Notes: generated from the sequence alone by a model not told the origin. A stretch of 64,000 nt of DNA from Octopus bimaculoides (GCF_001194135.2 NC_068990.1:14515997-14579996); one strand, 5' to 3'; positions 37,654-50,858 are shown, numbered from the stretch's first letter. Made by a program: numbers and translations.

Positions 37654-38270
37654 TTAACCCTTTAGCATTCAGATTATTCATTCACATTGTTTTGATTTAA
37701 TCAAGCATTATCTTCTAGTTTGTAAATTTCTATGATGTACTCTCTTTTACTCTTTACTCTTTTACTTGTTTCAGTCATTTGACTGTGGCCATGCTGGACA
37801 ACCACCTTTAGTCGAGCAAATCAACCCCAGGACTTGTTCTTTGTAAGCCTAGTACTTATTCTATCAGTCTCCTTTGCCGAACCACTAAGTTACGGGAACG
37901 TAAACACACCAGCATCGGTTGTCAAGTGATGTTGGGAAGACAAGCACAGACACAGAAACACACACACATATATATATATACATATATACGACGGGCTTCT
38001 TTCAGTTTCTGTCTACCAAATTCACTCACAAGGCTTTGGTCAGCCCGAGGCTATAGTAAAAGACACTTGCCCAAGGTGCCATGCAGTGGGACTGAACCCG
38101 GTACTATGTGGTTCGTAAGCAAGCTACTTACCACACAGCCACTCCTACGCCTATTGTGAGTGTTTATTTTTACAGCGAAATTGTAGAGTAAGTGTGAGAT
38201 CTGGTCAGCTTGGGTATAAGACATAGAATATTTGGGCCAGATATGGCCAGCTTAAATGCTAAAAGGTTAA
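37654..38270. mobile_element. piggyBac-like MITE interrupted by a full-length SINE
   Basis: TTAAccctttagcattcag...[SINE 37741-38155]...aatgctaaaaggTTAA. Confidence 0.75.
37741..38155 (-). mobile_element. tRNA-derived SINE family B (CORE-like centre, internal (TA/CA)n, gtaaaaga-type tail), near full length
   Basis: Minus strand: ggagtggctgtgtggtaagtagc...gggttcagtccc (A/B boxes), ccttgggcaagtgtc, 3' ccagcatggccacagtcaaatgactgaaacaagtaaaagag. Confidence 0.85.
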
Positions 38271-38573
38271 TGTCAAATATTTTTGCTGTTTGATTTTATC
38301 AAACCTCTTTTTAAAATTATGTTATTTAGCAATGTTGCATGTGTGTATGTCTGTAGGTATCTTTGCATTAGAATGCAAATATGTAAAATTTGTAAAATTG
38401 GAAAGGAAATTTAGTTAGAAATAATAATAATAATAATAATAATAATCATAGCAGAAAGAGACCCTATGAGACCTCTGACAGTAGGCAGCTGTCTGCTCTC
38501 ACTGAATCTACCTGAGCAAACAAGATCAAGCGCTCTGAGAAGTAAAACAATAATAATAATAGTAATTACCGAC

Positions 38574-38705
38574 CTATAGTAGTTGGTGGAGTTGTAGACC
38601 CAAATGGTGTTGTTAAAGAAAATCCAGTGCCAGTGTGATAAGATGAGAAACTTGTAAGTGTTGACAGGGTTGTGTACAGAGTTGTTGGTGCCACTGTCGT
38701 AGATG
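38574..38705 (-). CDS. Exon 14: PTS (mucin-like) segment
   Basis: gttcag|...|gtcggt; STTVAPTTLYTTLSTLTSFSSYHTGTGFSLTTPFGSTTPPTTI; the frame-preserving donor is the weak gtcggt. Confidence 0.8.
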
Positions 38706-38776
38706 CTGAACAATAAAGGAAGATTTTATTATTAAGATGATTATTTAAACGATTGAATGATACTCACATTGCAAAA

Positions 38777-39080
38777 TCAGGTCACTGCCTGGAATCGAAC
38801 TCAGAATCTTGGGGTTAGTAGTCCGCACTCTTAACCACTACACCATATGCCCATGGTTAAGAGCGTGGGCTACTAACCCCAAGATTCCAAGTTTGATTCC
38901 AGGCACTGACCTGAATAATAATAATAATAAAATGACATCGAAAAATACCTTAGGAATGAGAACCCAGGTTCGAAATTTCCCCCAAGACACCTGATGAAGG
39001 CTGGAGGGTATATCAGCCGAAATGTTGTATTAACAAACAAGATGAGGACAAATATCCCTCAAAGGTAAATAATGCTGAAG
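38777..39080. mobile_element. tRNA-headed SINE with internal (TAA)n and hammerhead-like 3' part, preceded by an inverted second head
   Basis: Heads gggcatatggtgtagtggttaagag...gagttcgattcc (-) and tggttaagag...gtttgattcc (+); 3' ctgatgaaggctgg...tcagccgaaa. Confidence 0.7.
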
Positions 39081-39457
39081 GTATTTGTAAGATTCTATTG
39101 TATCTTTTGTACAGACATTATTTGCACTGCATACACAGTATTGAGTACCTGCACGCAGTTTTCTTGTAGAAGTAGCAAGAACCAATCCAATAGAAGCAAA
39201 ATATAGATGTACAATATTTTCTCATCTAATAACTAGCTGACATCACATTTTTTTCCATTGTAATTTATGATTTCTATTACTGCAATATTTAAGGCTTGGA
39301 AAACTGAAGTATTTTTATAATAATCAAAATTTTCATCAATCAATTATCAATGTTTTAGTCTTGAATGAAATTCCTGACAGACTGGAAGCAATGTGCTCAA
39401 TTCTAACAGAACATAACTTGAGGAAATAATATAATTTTAATAATGTATAAAACTTAC

Positions 39458-39559
39458 TGCAATTGATTTCATCAAGATCATAAAGACATTCTCTGTTTCC
39501 ATCACAAATAGTAGCACAGAATCCATCACAGAACATTTTGTCATCACCAACACAAAGCT
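39458..39559 (-). CDS. Exon 13: LDLa-like module
   Basis: ttttcag|...|gtaagt; LCVGDDKMFCDGFCATICDGNRECLYDLDEINC (6 Cys, DxxDE); phase 1/1. Confidence 0.88.
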
Positions 39560-41334
39560 CTGAAAAGAGATATTAATCATGAAAATTTTAATGAAGAAAT
39601 TCTCATAATTGAATTGGTTTTGTTGTTGCTGTTTGGTTAGAAAATCTGTGATAGAAGGTCAATGATTAATTTATTTTATATGCTGGGCAGGAGAGGAGAT
39701 TCAAGGATTGCAATGTTTATAGATCTTCATTAGCTGGAGAGACAGGTGTAGCTGATGTCTGGACTGAACATCTGTAGCAAAAATGGGGATGGGGCAAGAA
39801 TCAAGGATCTGGTCTGTATGGTTTGTAGTATGAACTCTACTTTGACACACAAGCACCAAAGTGGCATTAAACTTAGTAGGGTGTGAGGCCTAACATCGAC
39901 CTTTTGATAAAACTTTGAAGTATGAGGAAAGGTGAGTGAGGTTAACAATGTCAAATGCCTATGTTTTTACTATAGCATGGTAGTGGATAAATGAAAAAAG
40001 TCAGGGTGTAGGGAGTTACGGAAGGCTGTCCCGAAGAATGGTAGGGTATATGGTACATTACACAGATATGGGATGAGATGCAAGACAAAATTTAGGGAAA
40101 AAGAAAAGATACACAGGCTTGGTTTAAATAGCAGATGGTAAGCAGTTGTCATGTTATGGAAAGCAGAAAACATTGTAGTACAACTGAAGAGAAAGAAGAC
40201 AATGTGTAGCTTTATAGTGAAACAGTTCTTGTGAAATACTGGTCTGAGTTTGGCCACTTAATTTGAAGATTTTAAGAATGGATTTTCGTTACGTATAGAT
40301 AACACCTGTATATCTTATGAACTTCGTGTCTATGATGTAATCTTCTGGTAGATGACATGTACAACGTAATAAATGACATGCAACAGACAGTCTGGTGATA
40401 ATTTTCTCCTTCACAAAGAAAGCTAATGTTGGGTTAATGAAGCAAATTATGTTTATTGTTTATTCCTCACTGTAGTGATGGAAGAAAGGAGGGAATTCAA
40501 CTCTAAAATGCTGATAATACAATAATAAAATCTATGAAAATGACAGAAAATTCAATGGGAAGGTGTTACTAAAGTGATAGGCTGTAAAAAGGAAATAGAT
40601 AGACAAATGAAGAAAACATATAGCAAAGAAGAAGGAAAAACAAATATCCATTTTGTCTTTAGATTCTATAAAATAATTAAGTCTATAATTTAAAACAATT
40701 GATCATCATCATCATCATCCTTATCACCCCCACCACTATCATCATCATTATCAGTAGCAGTGACATTTTACTTCTGCTTTTCAGTGCTTGCCTGAGTTGT
40801 TTCAGCACAGTATCCATCTTGCCACTGTTCTTCATCATCTCTTTTGTAAGTCTTACCAACTTGAGACCAGTCTTGACTATTTCTGCTTATGTTCTTCATA
40901 GTTCTTCCTTTCCTATACATCTCTTCTTCATACACTATTTGACATTTTTTCACAAAGTCATTATTCTTTCTCTACAAAACATATCACACTCTTCTCTTTT
41001 GTACACTACAGCTAAATGTTTTGATACCCAGTTCTCTCAATTCACTTGTGAGCTATCATTTATACACACTGATATTCTATATTATACACACTGATATTCT
41101 ATATGTTTCCCCCATTTCTTTCCAGTCTTTACACATCTCTATTCAGTGCCCATGATGCATTACTATGCAGTATAACACTTCATGCAGCAGCATCATACAA
41201 GCTGTCCTTTGCTCAAGGATTGAAGCTTCTTGATGTGAACAACAGCAACAACCCCCAAAATTGTTCCCTCCCAATCTTTACTTGAGTTATTATGCTTTCA
41301 CCCACCCTCCACCAACTTCCTCTGCACAGCTGAT

Positions 41335-41800
41335 ATGGTAACCAAGGTGATGGAAATTATCATGTATTCTAAAGAAATTTCTGAGCAATTAAGCATGGTT
41401 GTTGAATCATTATTTCTCTGTGACTCTTCAACATGGACACTGAACAAGAGACTTGAAAAGAAAGTTGGCAGTACAAACACAAGAAAGCTCTGCGAAGTTT
41501 TCAGTCTTTCTTGGCAGAAAGACTACTATATAGACACAACAAAGCAGAAACTGTATGGCAGTCTTCCTACCATCACCTCAGTTGTCAAAAAAGAACATGT
41601 TAATCAAGATACTGCTGGAAAAGCAAGGATGAAATATCCAGTGATCTCCTCTAGAAACCCACACATCAACATACAGGTATCAGCAGACCAAGAACATATA
41701 TCAATCAACTCATGGAAGATGCTGGATATCAAGTTGAGGATATGAAGACTACTTTGGAAGACTGGGACATATGGTGTGGAAGAGTTGCATTGGTTCAGGC
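41335..41800 (+). mobile_element. Decayed RTE-like LINE ORF C-terminal fragment
   Basis: VESLFLCDSSTWTLNKRLEKK...LSWQ...KLYGSLPTITSVV resembles the RTE segment VESxLLYGxETWTL. Confidence 0.65.
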
Positions 41801-42770
41801 AAGTCACCTGACCAGATAGCTATAGACAGATAGTTCTTGGGTGATTTAACAGATAATTACTCTTGTGCATATCTTTCAACACAGAAACCCTTCTTTTCAG
41901 TTATCATTCCTGAGATTCCACAAGACATTTTATGTACTCATCATTTTATTGTTGAAAAGTGGAACTAGGCAAGACTTAATAAAAATGGGATGCTATGAAG
42001 GAAAGCAAAACCAACAGAAAAACAGCACCAGAACAAGACTAGCATACAACACCTTCAAGAGCAGTCACTTCAATCAGGATTACTACTCATTTGTGGGTGT
42101 CTACAGTCAAAGCAGTGAGACTGAAACAAGACTTTCCAGGCTCAGCTCTATAGTCTCATGAAATAAAGGGATGCCATCATTGTTCATAGTTGATAAAAAG
42201 AGTAGAGTTCTTATTTTTCCTTTCTATCTATGACACATGGCTAATTCCCAATTGGTAGTAATGTCTTTATTGCTAACTAATATTTTTCTCTTTGCTAAAT
42301 TGATTTTTAAGGCCTCTCAATTCCACACTAAGGTTCTTTGTTTTCTTCTAAGTTCTTGGCTGCAAGAAATAGATTATCAACATACAAATACAAACATTCA
42401 CTTGAACAGCCAAGCTTGAACTTCTTTGCTTTGCCTTGGAGAATTATCGCAAACATAAAGAGGCTGTGAAATGAGTCGTGACAAACACTTAGCTATGTGC
42501 TAAATTCATCATGACCTCATAGCTATCTCATACTTTTCAGACAGTTCCTACTCACATGACTTGCACAGCTTTCAAAAACCACGCAATGAAATAATGAAAT
42601 AGGTAACACACATCAGTCCAATGGTTGCTTTCTTTTTCACAAACACCAATTACTACACCTATACACAGTGACCTTTTATTTTGCTTATAGTAAGTTGTCT
42701 AAACAATACTTGTATTTCATTTTACAGGTGCTCCATACCCTGCCAATTCAAATAAACAAATAATACTTAC

Positions 42771-42850
42771 GTGTAGTAGTAGATGGGAACTGTGTTGTGG
42801 TATCACACCCAGGTCCCTCTTGACATCTAAATGCTCCTTCAAAACAGGTA
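42771..42850 (-). CDS. Exon 12: E module end and Thr-rich linker
   Basis: gaacag|...|gtaagt; TCFEGAFRCQEGPGCDTTTQFPSTTT; phase 2/1. Confidence 0.88.
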
Positions 42851-43439
42851 CTGTTCACAGAGAGATAATATTTCATTACAGACATAATGTAAAGATTGCA
42901 TTATATTATTGTTAGCATTTAAGGTGGTCCTACCCAACATGAATATTCTACCTATTTTACATCTAAACTAACCAGATCCTGCCTCACACATTTACTTTAC
43001 GTCGTTCTGAAGATATACAACTGCATCATCAACGTTTCAAAGCTACTACAAGATAGTGCATGATTAATTCTAAACAATGACTAAATAAGTATTATATTTG
43101 ACAGAGTAATTTGAAAGCTGAAAGTTTTAAGTCCAAATATATATATTTTGCATAAACATGATGTCAAAAGTTATAGAGGAGTCATACAGATGATTTAAAA
43201 GACACTTATAATAGTCTGATGAAGGAATACAGCTTAGTGGTTAGGGTGTTTTAGGCTCTCGATCATGAGGTCTGAGGTCAATAGCCAGTGGTATATTGTG
43301 TCCTTGAGCAAGACACTTTATTTCACATAGCACTAGTCAACTCAGCTGGAGTTGTATCGGTAAATCAAAGAGCCAGCCTTGTCACATTCTGTGTTATGCT
43401 GAATGTCCCTGAGAACTACATGCAAAAATGCATACGTAC

Positions 43440-43536
43440 CATTTCCTGCAGTTCATCATAACCACTGTACCAGGTTTATAAGTCTTTCCAGTTGATGGAT
43501 CAGTACACAGACATTCGCTAATTGGAACGCAATCAC
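43440..43536 (-). CDS. Exon 11: TIL end / E module
   Basis: gtttcag|...|gtacgt; DCVPISECLCTDPSTGKTYKPGTVVMMNCRK; phase 1/2. Confidence 0.9.
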
Positions 43537-44549
43537 CTGAAACAAAGAAAGACAAAAATTAGATGATAAAAAATTGGTAACTAATAAGCAGTTCAGTCAA
43601 AAAGTATTTTATTTCTATCAATGAAATTGATAATTAAGAACTCAGAGAGAATGAGAGTGTGTGTGTGTGTTTGTCTGTGTGCATGCGCACATGTATGAGT
43701 GTGTGTGTTTGTGTAAATGAGTGCTTACTGGCCATGTGTTAAGTTGTTGGTTTATGTGAAAAGGTTATTTACATTGCTGACCTCTGATGGTCACACACAA
43801 GACTAAATCAGGAGAAGCTAACTGTGAGGGCCAACAATCTTATTTGTTCCCAGAGGCACATGTATGGTTGTGTGGTCAAAAAGCTAGTTTTGAAAGCTCA
43901 TGGTTTTGAATCCAGTTCTACTGCAAGGTACATTGGACAACTGTCTTCTATTATAGCCTCAGGCTGACCAATGTCTTGTGAGTGAATTTGGTAGCTGGAA
44001 ACCTTGCAGAAGCCCATTGTGTGTAAAGGGGTATTTGCCTGATTTTTTAAGCTGTCCTGAAAGTCTTCCTGCATTTGAGAATTTCCTTATTTTCTGTAGA
44101 TTATGGAGGAGGAGGAGGAGGAGGAGGAGGAGGATTATACCATGTTTGATATGATGCTGCATGGTATTCTCAAATACAAACCCTATTATCATAGCTGGGT
44201 TTGTATTTAAATTTTATTTATCAAATTTATAAAACAGCTGCCTCTCTCTCTCGTAAGTTATAGAAGAAATAATTATATTATAATTCTAATTGCAAAATAT
44301 CTGACAAAATTAATATTTACCGGTGTGTGTTTTATAAAAACATTTTAACTAAATTCATAATAAAGTGGTGTCTAATTTAATATGATAAGAAAAGCCTCAC
44401 TTAACAGTGCAATTAGTGAGATTTTGATTAAATTTCATTGCTATTATCATTATTATTAAATCATTAACAAGGTTATTTAAGAATATATTATTTTCAATAG
44501 ATGGTATATATATACAAAAATGATTTCTAATAAAATATTTAGGTCATAC

Positions 44550-44696
44550 CTTCTTGTTCATAAGTGCCATTTGGACAGAAACACCCTTCAACTTCTCCAG
44601 TAGTACAAGTAAAATCAGATTTCCCAAAGTCTACACATGATTTGGGACAGGAGGTGTGACATGGAAAATATTCCCGACCGGTGGGGCACTGAATTC
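44550..44696 (-). CDS. Exon 10: TIL domain
   Basis: tttag|...|gtatga; IQCPTGREYFPCHTSCPKSCVDFGKSDFTCTTGEVEGCFCPNGTYEQE; phase 1/1. Confidence 0.92.
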
Positions 44697-44984
44697 CTAA
44701 AGAAAGAAATAAAGAGAAAAATACCATTTATTGTCTTCAACATACATCATTAAAAGTTTGATATAACATTGTAATAGGAAGGAAATATCTCGAAGGAAAA
44801 TAAAGGATTTGGGAAAAATGTAGACTGCCCATAGTAATGATGACAGTAATAAAACCCCAGTCCTTGATCGAACAGATGTATGATCAAAAGCAAATGCATT
44901 CTAGCTTTGTCTTTTCCTCATGTGTAAGGAACCAAGGACCACATTATCCAATGTGCCATTTTTCTAATATTGTAAGATATGACA

Positions 44985-45310
44985 CATGTGCTGGTGGCAC
45001 GTTAGAAAATCATTCGGGTGAGGTTGTTGCCAGTGCCGCTGGACTGGCTCCCGTGCAGGCGGCACGTAAAAAACACCTTTTTGAGCGTGGCTGTTGCCAG
45101 TACCATGTGACTGGCCCTTGTGCCGGTGGCACGTAAAAGCACCCACTACACTCTCAGAGTGGTTGGCGTTAGGAAGGGCATCCAGCTGTAGAAACTCTGC
45201 CAGATCAGATTGGAGCCTGGTGCAGCCTTCTGGCTTGCCAGTCATCAGTCAACTCGTCCAACCCATGCTAGCATGGAAAGCGGACTTTAAACAACGATGA
45301 TGATGATGAT
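44985..45310 (+). mobile_element. RTE-type 3' UTR fragment (family D) with (GAT)n tail
   Basis: ...ggttggcgttaggaagggcatccagctgtagaaa...catggaaagcggactttaaacaacgatgatgatg; minus-strand copies at 10975-11250, 18235, 22220, 26970. Confidence 0.75.
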
Positions 45311-45883
45311 TGATCAGAAGTCTTGGCAGATTGAACGACATGCTGCTATGTTTAGCAGGTCAAATGACCATGAAGTGGTTTCTTGATTAAGATAGTAAGC
45401 TCCTTCAATATATATACAGAAGGATTACATAATACTTTCAGTAGAGTGCATATTTATTTAAACTTTACAACGAAAAGGTTGACAAAGTCTTGGCTTGGGT
45501 ATGCAATATTTGCAGTCTCATGAAGGCAAGCAAAACAAAACTTGGAAATCACTGTCAACATTTTCCTGATAAAAGTTTAATTATATATGTTGGCAAAAAG
45601 CTATCTGCCTCAATACTACATTCTCTTCAGTTGAGAGAACTGGTCTTGAGCGTATCTTGTTGACCTCATTAATGGTGGTACCATGTTAAAAGTACCTAGT
45701 ACACACTGTAGTGGTTGGCATTAGGAACATTATCAAGCCATACAATCCATGCCAAAGCAGACACTAGAGCTTGATGCAGTCCTCTGGTTTCCCATCTCCT
45801 TATGAACTGTCCAACCCATTCCATAAATAATGATGATGATGCTATATATATGTATAAATACACACACACACACTTAACATGTA

Positions 45884-46029
<146 letters not shown>

Positions 46030-46939
46030 AAAGATAAATGAACTGATTCAAATATATCACTGGTGCTATTTTGTAACACCCAATGCTGCATGATTTTATG
46101 AAATGCCCTTTCAGAAATGAAAGGCCATAACCAAAGTAGCAAAACACATATCATTTGGTATTTTAGCCTTTCTGCCAACTGCAACTAAATTAGATTGATT
46201 TCTATTTCAAAATAAATTTGGATAAAGAATAAAGATATCATGTAAACATTTAAATTTTTTCATGAAGGATTTTAAGGGGTGATAAAGCCAAGTGAAACGA
46301 GAGCAGCTGATCAACAACAGAAGTGGTTGTGATTTAAAACTATATTAAATATATTTGCAGGCAAGCTAAATCTGCTTTGGCCCCAGAATCTCTTCATAGA
46401 AACATTAACTCTGTTTAGGGCTACATATAATGTTCTTGAATTAAACATTGTTTGTTTGTTTTATTTTTATGGGGTCGGATTGCTTGTATTTTTAAGGAAA
46501 TTTATCTTTCATAGTCAGAGAAAACTTAATATGGATAGACTGGTTGGGGCTGTTATTGTTGTACATTCAAAATTTGATTGTTTGATTCCTAACAGCACAA
46601 CTGAAATTAACTTGAGTATGATAACAAATTTTGGAGCCTTTTGACTTGGAAGAAAACCAAATGATTTCAAGGAAGACATCCCTAATTACATTTTGGTTTT
46701 TTTATTGGTTTCACAGATCCTTCTTTCATCAAACTTAACAGAAATTAACCCCAGTCAGTTTTGAGCTCAAAATAATGTAAAAAAGTTTAGAAAGGGTAAA
46801 TGAGTTTAATATCATAATTTTTGAAGAGAGATCTAAAGTCAGTTGAATCACAGCTTGTATGTGGAATGAACAAAAACCTTAGTACCAGCAGAACTTGACA
46901 TCAGGATATTGTGAAAGGGAACTAAATATTCATTTCAAA

Positions 46940-47230
46940 TTTTGGCACAAGGCCAGCAATTTTAGGGGAGGGGTAAGTTGATTACATTAACCCCAGTACT
47001 CTTATTTTTATCAATCTCAAAATGATGAAAGGCAATGATGACCTCAGCAGCATTTGAACTCAGAACATAAAGATAGATGAAATGCCGCTAACCAATTTGC
47101 CCAGCATGCTGGCAATTCTGCCAGTTTGCTACCCTAAAGAAACTAAATATTGATTTCAAATTTCAGCACAAGGGCAGTGATTTGACAGGAGGGGCAAGTC
47201 GAATACATCAACCTCAGTAACTGACCGGTA
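46940..47230 (-). mobile_element. SINE family A copies (others at ~6585, 15822, 28090, 52690, 55478, 59670)
   Basis: Reverse complement of the family A body. Confidence 0.7.
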
Positions 47231-47540
47231 GTTATTGTATCAAAAAGAATCTGGTCTAATCTCTCTGCTATTTCTACTAAGTAACCAGACTCAAAACAAT
47301 CAAGTTTAAAAAATATGGGAGTTTCTTATACATAGATAGTATTATAATCCTTTACAAAACCTTTTTTCTAAATGTTAAGCCCCCAAAATTAAGGGGTTAC
47401 TTATACATGAGGGTTCCTTACACATGTTAAAATACAGTAAATACTACTAACAAAAGGACAATATAAATAATTTTTGGATTGCCGAAAGTTATTACAAATG
47501 ATTAACATTTTATTAAACTTTTGTGCAATATCCAACTTAC

Positions 47541-47715
47541 CACAAACTTCTTCGGATGTGGACATTTCATGTGCTCTCCAGTTGATGCAAATACCAGCTC
47601 TCAAACAGCGGGCAGCATATGCTGCAACAGCCGTGCAGAAGCACTGGCAGTCACCTCCTCTATCGCAAGAACAAGAATCATCCCGACATGAAGTATAGTA
47701 CCAATTTGGATCCAC
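47541..47715 (-). CDS. Exon 9: C8 domain (D3-like)
   Basis: ttgttag|...|gtaagt; VDPNWYYTSCRDDSCSCDRGGDCQCFCTAVAAYAARCLRAGICINWR; phase 0/1. Confidence 0.95.
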
Positions 47716-47864
47716 CTAACAAAGAGGTAATACAATGAGTATTTTTCAATACCAAAAGCATTTTTTTGTACAGCATGGATTAATGATCATCTATGAAAGA
47801 CACTGACTTTTATAATATAAAGAACAATAAATTTCCAAAAATTTCAATGTAAATGACAATTCTT

Positions 47865-48071
47865 TTATTCTTTTATTTGTTTCAGTCATTTGACTGCAGC
47901 CATGCTGGAGCACCGCCTTTTAGTTGAAGAAATCAACCCTAGGACTTATTCTTCGTAAGCTTAGTATTTATTTTATTGGTCTTTTTTGCCGAACTACTGA
48001 GTTACAGGGACATAAACACACCAACATCAGTGGTCAAGCGATGGTAGAGGGACAAACACAGACACACAAAC

Positions 48072-48114
<43 letters not shown>

Positions 48115-48265
48115 TATGACAGGCTTCTTTCAATTTCTGTCCACCAAATCCACTCACAAGGCTTTGATTGGCCCGAGGCTATAGTAGAAGACACTTGCCC
48201 AAGGTGCCACACAGTGGGATTGAACCCGGAACCATGTGGTTGGGAAGCAAGCTTCTTACCACACA
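47865..48265 (-). mobile_element. SINE family B, near full length
   Basis: Collinear with the 37741-38155 copy. Confidence 0.85.
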
Positions 48266-48960
48266 TGTATGGCTGATATATTTTAAAATAAAACCAAGAA
48301 ATAACTTATGTTATCCTTTATATATACGGCAAAGATCAACAACCAAGAGTTGATCTCTGCTGAAACCACAGGCTTAAAAATAAACAATGTGTGCTTCATT
48401 TGTCTGCTTACAATTCAATTAAGTTTAGGAAATAAATACTGAAACAGAAACTTAATTTTGAAATAAAATAATTAAATTACTGGGTTTAAATGTTCACTTT
48501 TTATCTTTGTTTTGAAATGTTTTTATAAGAAAACATAGAACAAGTTGACATTTAATAAATTTGGTTACTGTGACTTTTATATAGCAACATTTTACTGTTT
48601 AGAATGATCTAAGTTTCGTGAGAAGCTTATAGAATTATTATTATATAGAGTGATGGTAATAACATTGTACAATGATGTTATCACTATTTTCTCATTTGTA
48701 TATCAACTAACAAATTACAGTTGTATGTCCAACATGTCATCTAAGTGAGTATATTATTATAATAAATGAAAGATTGTCATGGTCAGTTACCAGGCAAGGC
48801 TGTCCAATAGAAAGGTTATGTTGGTATATTCATATTACATTATGTTAATACATTCACATGTACAATATATTGCCTCTGTGAGTCAAGTGTAATATCAATA
48901 ATTATTACTTATATTCTTAAAGTCAAGTGACTTGTAGTTAGTAGATTATGAATTAATAAA

Positions 48961-48993
<33 letters not shown>

Positions 48994-49247
48994 GGCCTGT
49001 CAGCTCAATATCTCTCCCCATGAGAGAGAGATGATGAGCTGACTGGCCTATGTAGGTTCGGAGGTGCTGGTAATATGCATAATTGCCNNNNNNNNNNNNN
49101 NNNNNNNNNNNNNNNNNNNNNNNNNNNNNNNNNNNNNNNNNNNNNNNNNNNNNNNNNNNNNNNNNNNNNNNNNNNNNNNNNNNNNNNGTAATTTTGGATT
49201 TTGTCCCTAATATTATTATATATATATATATATATAGGGAGAATTCA

Positions 49248-49581
49248 TCATATTTGGTGGCCTATAAAGCACACCTTTTTTACTCAAAAATGGCTTTAAA
49301 AATCCCTGCATCCAATACACTTAATGTAGGCTCAAAACTCACAACTGTTGGCCAAAATTATACAATCGGTTACGGTATATTTATATCATACCAATCACCT
49401 ATGGTATGTTTATATTGAATGTGGATGCAATAAAATGCTTATAATTACCGGTAATAACAAGGATATACAGGTAAGTGGAGGAATTAAAACATTACTTTAG
49501 TGGTAATTTATTTTACAAAAGTATAGCCTAGGCTAGGGTGCGTCCTATGCATTTGTGCGTCTTATAGGCCATCAAATATGG
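49248..49581. mobile_element. pogo/Tigger-like MITE
   Basis: Imperfect TIR catatttg(g/a)tggcctataa...gcac; subterminal gtgcgtc(c/t)tat repeats; TA on the right flank. Confidence 0.7.
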
Positions 49582-49656
<75 letters not shown>

Positions 49657-50151
49657 ATGTGTGTGTGTGTTGGTGTGTGTCCCCCACCAGCACCACTAGC
49701 ATAACCACCTGACAACTAATGTTGGCTTCTTTACATCCCCTAAATTAAGGGTTTGTGAAAAAGAGACAAACAGAATAAGTAAGAAGGTTAAAAAAAAAAA
49801 AATTCCAGGGTCAACTTGTTCATCTAAACATTTCAAAGCAGCACCTCAGCACAGCCACAGTCCCATCACTGAAACAAGTACAAAATACATACATATAAAT
49901 ATATAACATCATTGCCACCAATATTTATAGCTTAATTTAACAGAGAGACACAGCACACACTCTGTTGTTCCACTGGTAGCACAGACTCCCAGAATGGAAT
50001 AGTTACAAAGTTTAAGTGCAGTCAGTGGGCTTATCTGTTTAGTGGGCTTTACTGTTCAGAGTTAGTCCTTGTAGCAATCTACCGTATTTGCTTTTTAAAA
50101 TCTGTCATTAATTAATGTTGATGCCAAAACATAGAGACTGGTGATACTTAC

Positions 50152-50462
50152 CGATGAATGGCATGGTTCAAATATTTTGCCCAAGATTATCCTGCATGAC
50201 ATTTCTGCCCAAGACTGTCGATGTGAATTCAATACACAAGGATTTGGAAGCTCTTTATCAACAATGGCACAAGATTCTCTGACCCTCCAACTGTTAGCAA
50301 ATGCCAATGGACTTTGTGTATGTTCTGGGAAAGAGCTTTTGTCCCTGAAGTCATTATTAGCAATTTGATCATAGTTTCCACAAAGGCCACACACTCGGCC
50401 CATATATTTATTTTCTAATGTTATATATAACCTCATACTCTTATCCCATACAAGAGTGATGC
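50152..50462 (-). CDS. Exon 8: VWD C-terminal part and C8 start
   Basis: gtttcag|...|gtaagt; ITLVWDKSMRLYITLENKYMGRVCGLCGNYD...FANSWRV...CRIILGKIFEPCHSS; phase 1/0. Confidence 0.95.
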
Positions 50463-50737
50463 CTGAAACGAAAATTACACAGAAATTATAAAATATTGTT
50501 ATATAAGAAAAATACATATATTTGTGTGAACACACATACACATCGATGGAGTTCATTCATTCTTTTACCAGGCTCAGTCAGTAGACTGTAGCCATGAGGA
50601 AGAACTATTTTCCACTGACGGTTTTACTTGGTCTTATCAAGACCACTACTTTGATGCAGTTTTACTGACCTCATAAAGGATGAAAGGTAAAATCAAAATA
50701 GGTGTAACGAAAGTAATCAGTACCTGATTTTTACATA

Positions 50738-50738
50738 T

Positions 50739-50809
<71 letters not shown>

Positions 50810-50813
50810 AGGA

Positions 50814-50858
<45 letters not shown>

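Noticed and set aside
38790-38852. Possible tRNA gene
   Set aside because: A and B boxes are present but the anticodon and acceptor stems do not pair; this is a SINE head
39760-41260. Possible extra exons between exons 12 and 13
   Set aside because: The sequence resembles decayed CR1/RTE remnants with stops, and exons 12 and 13 join in phase
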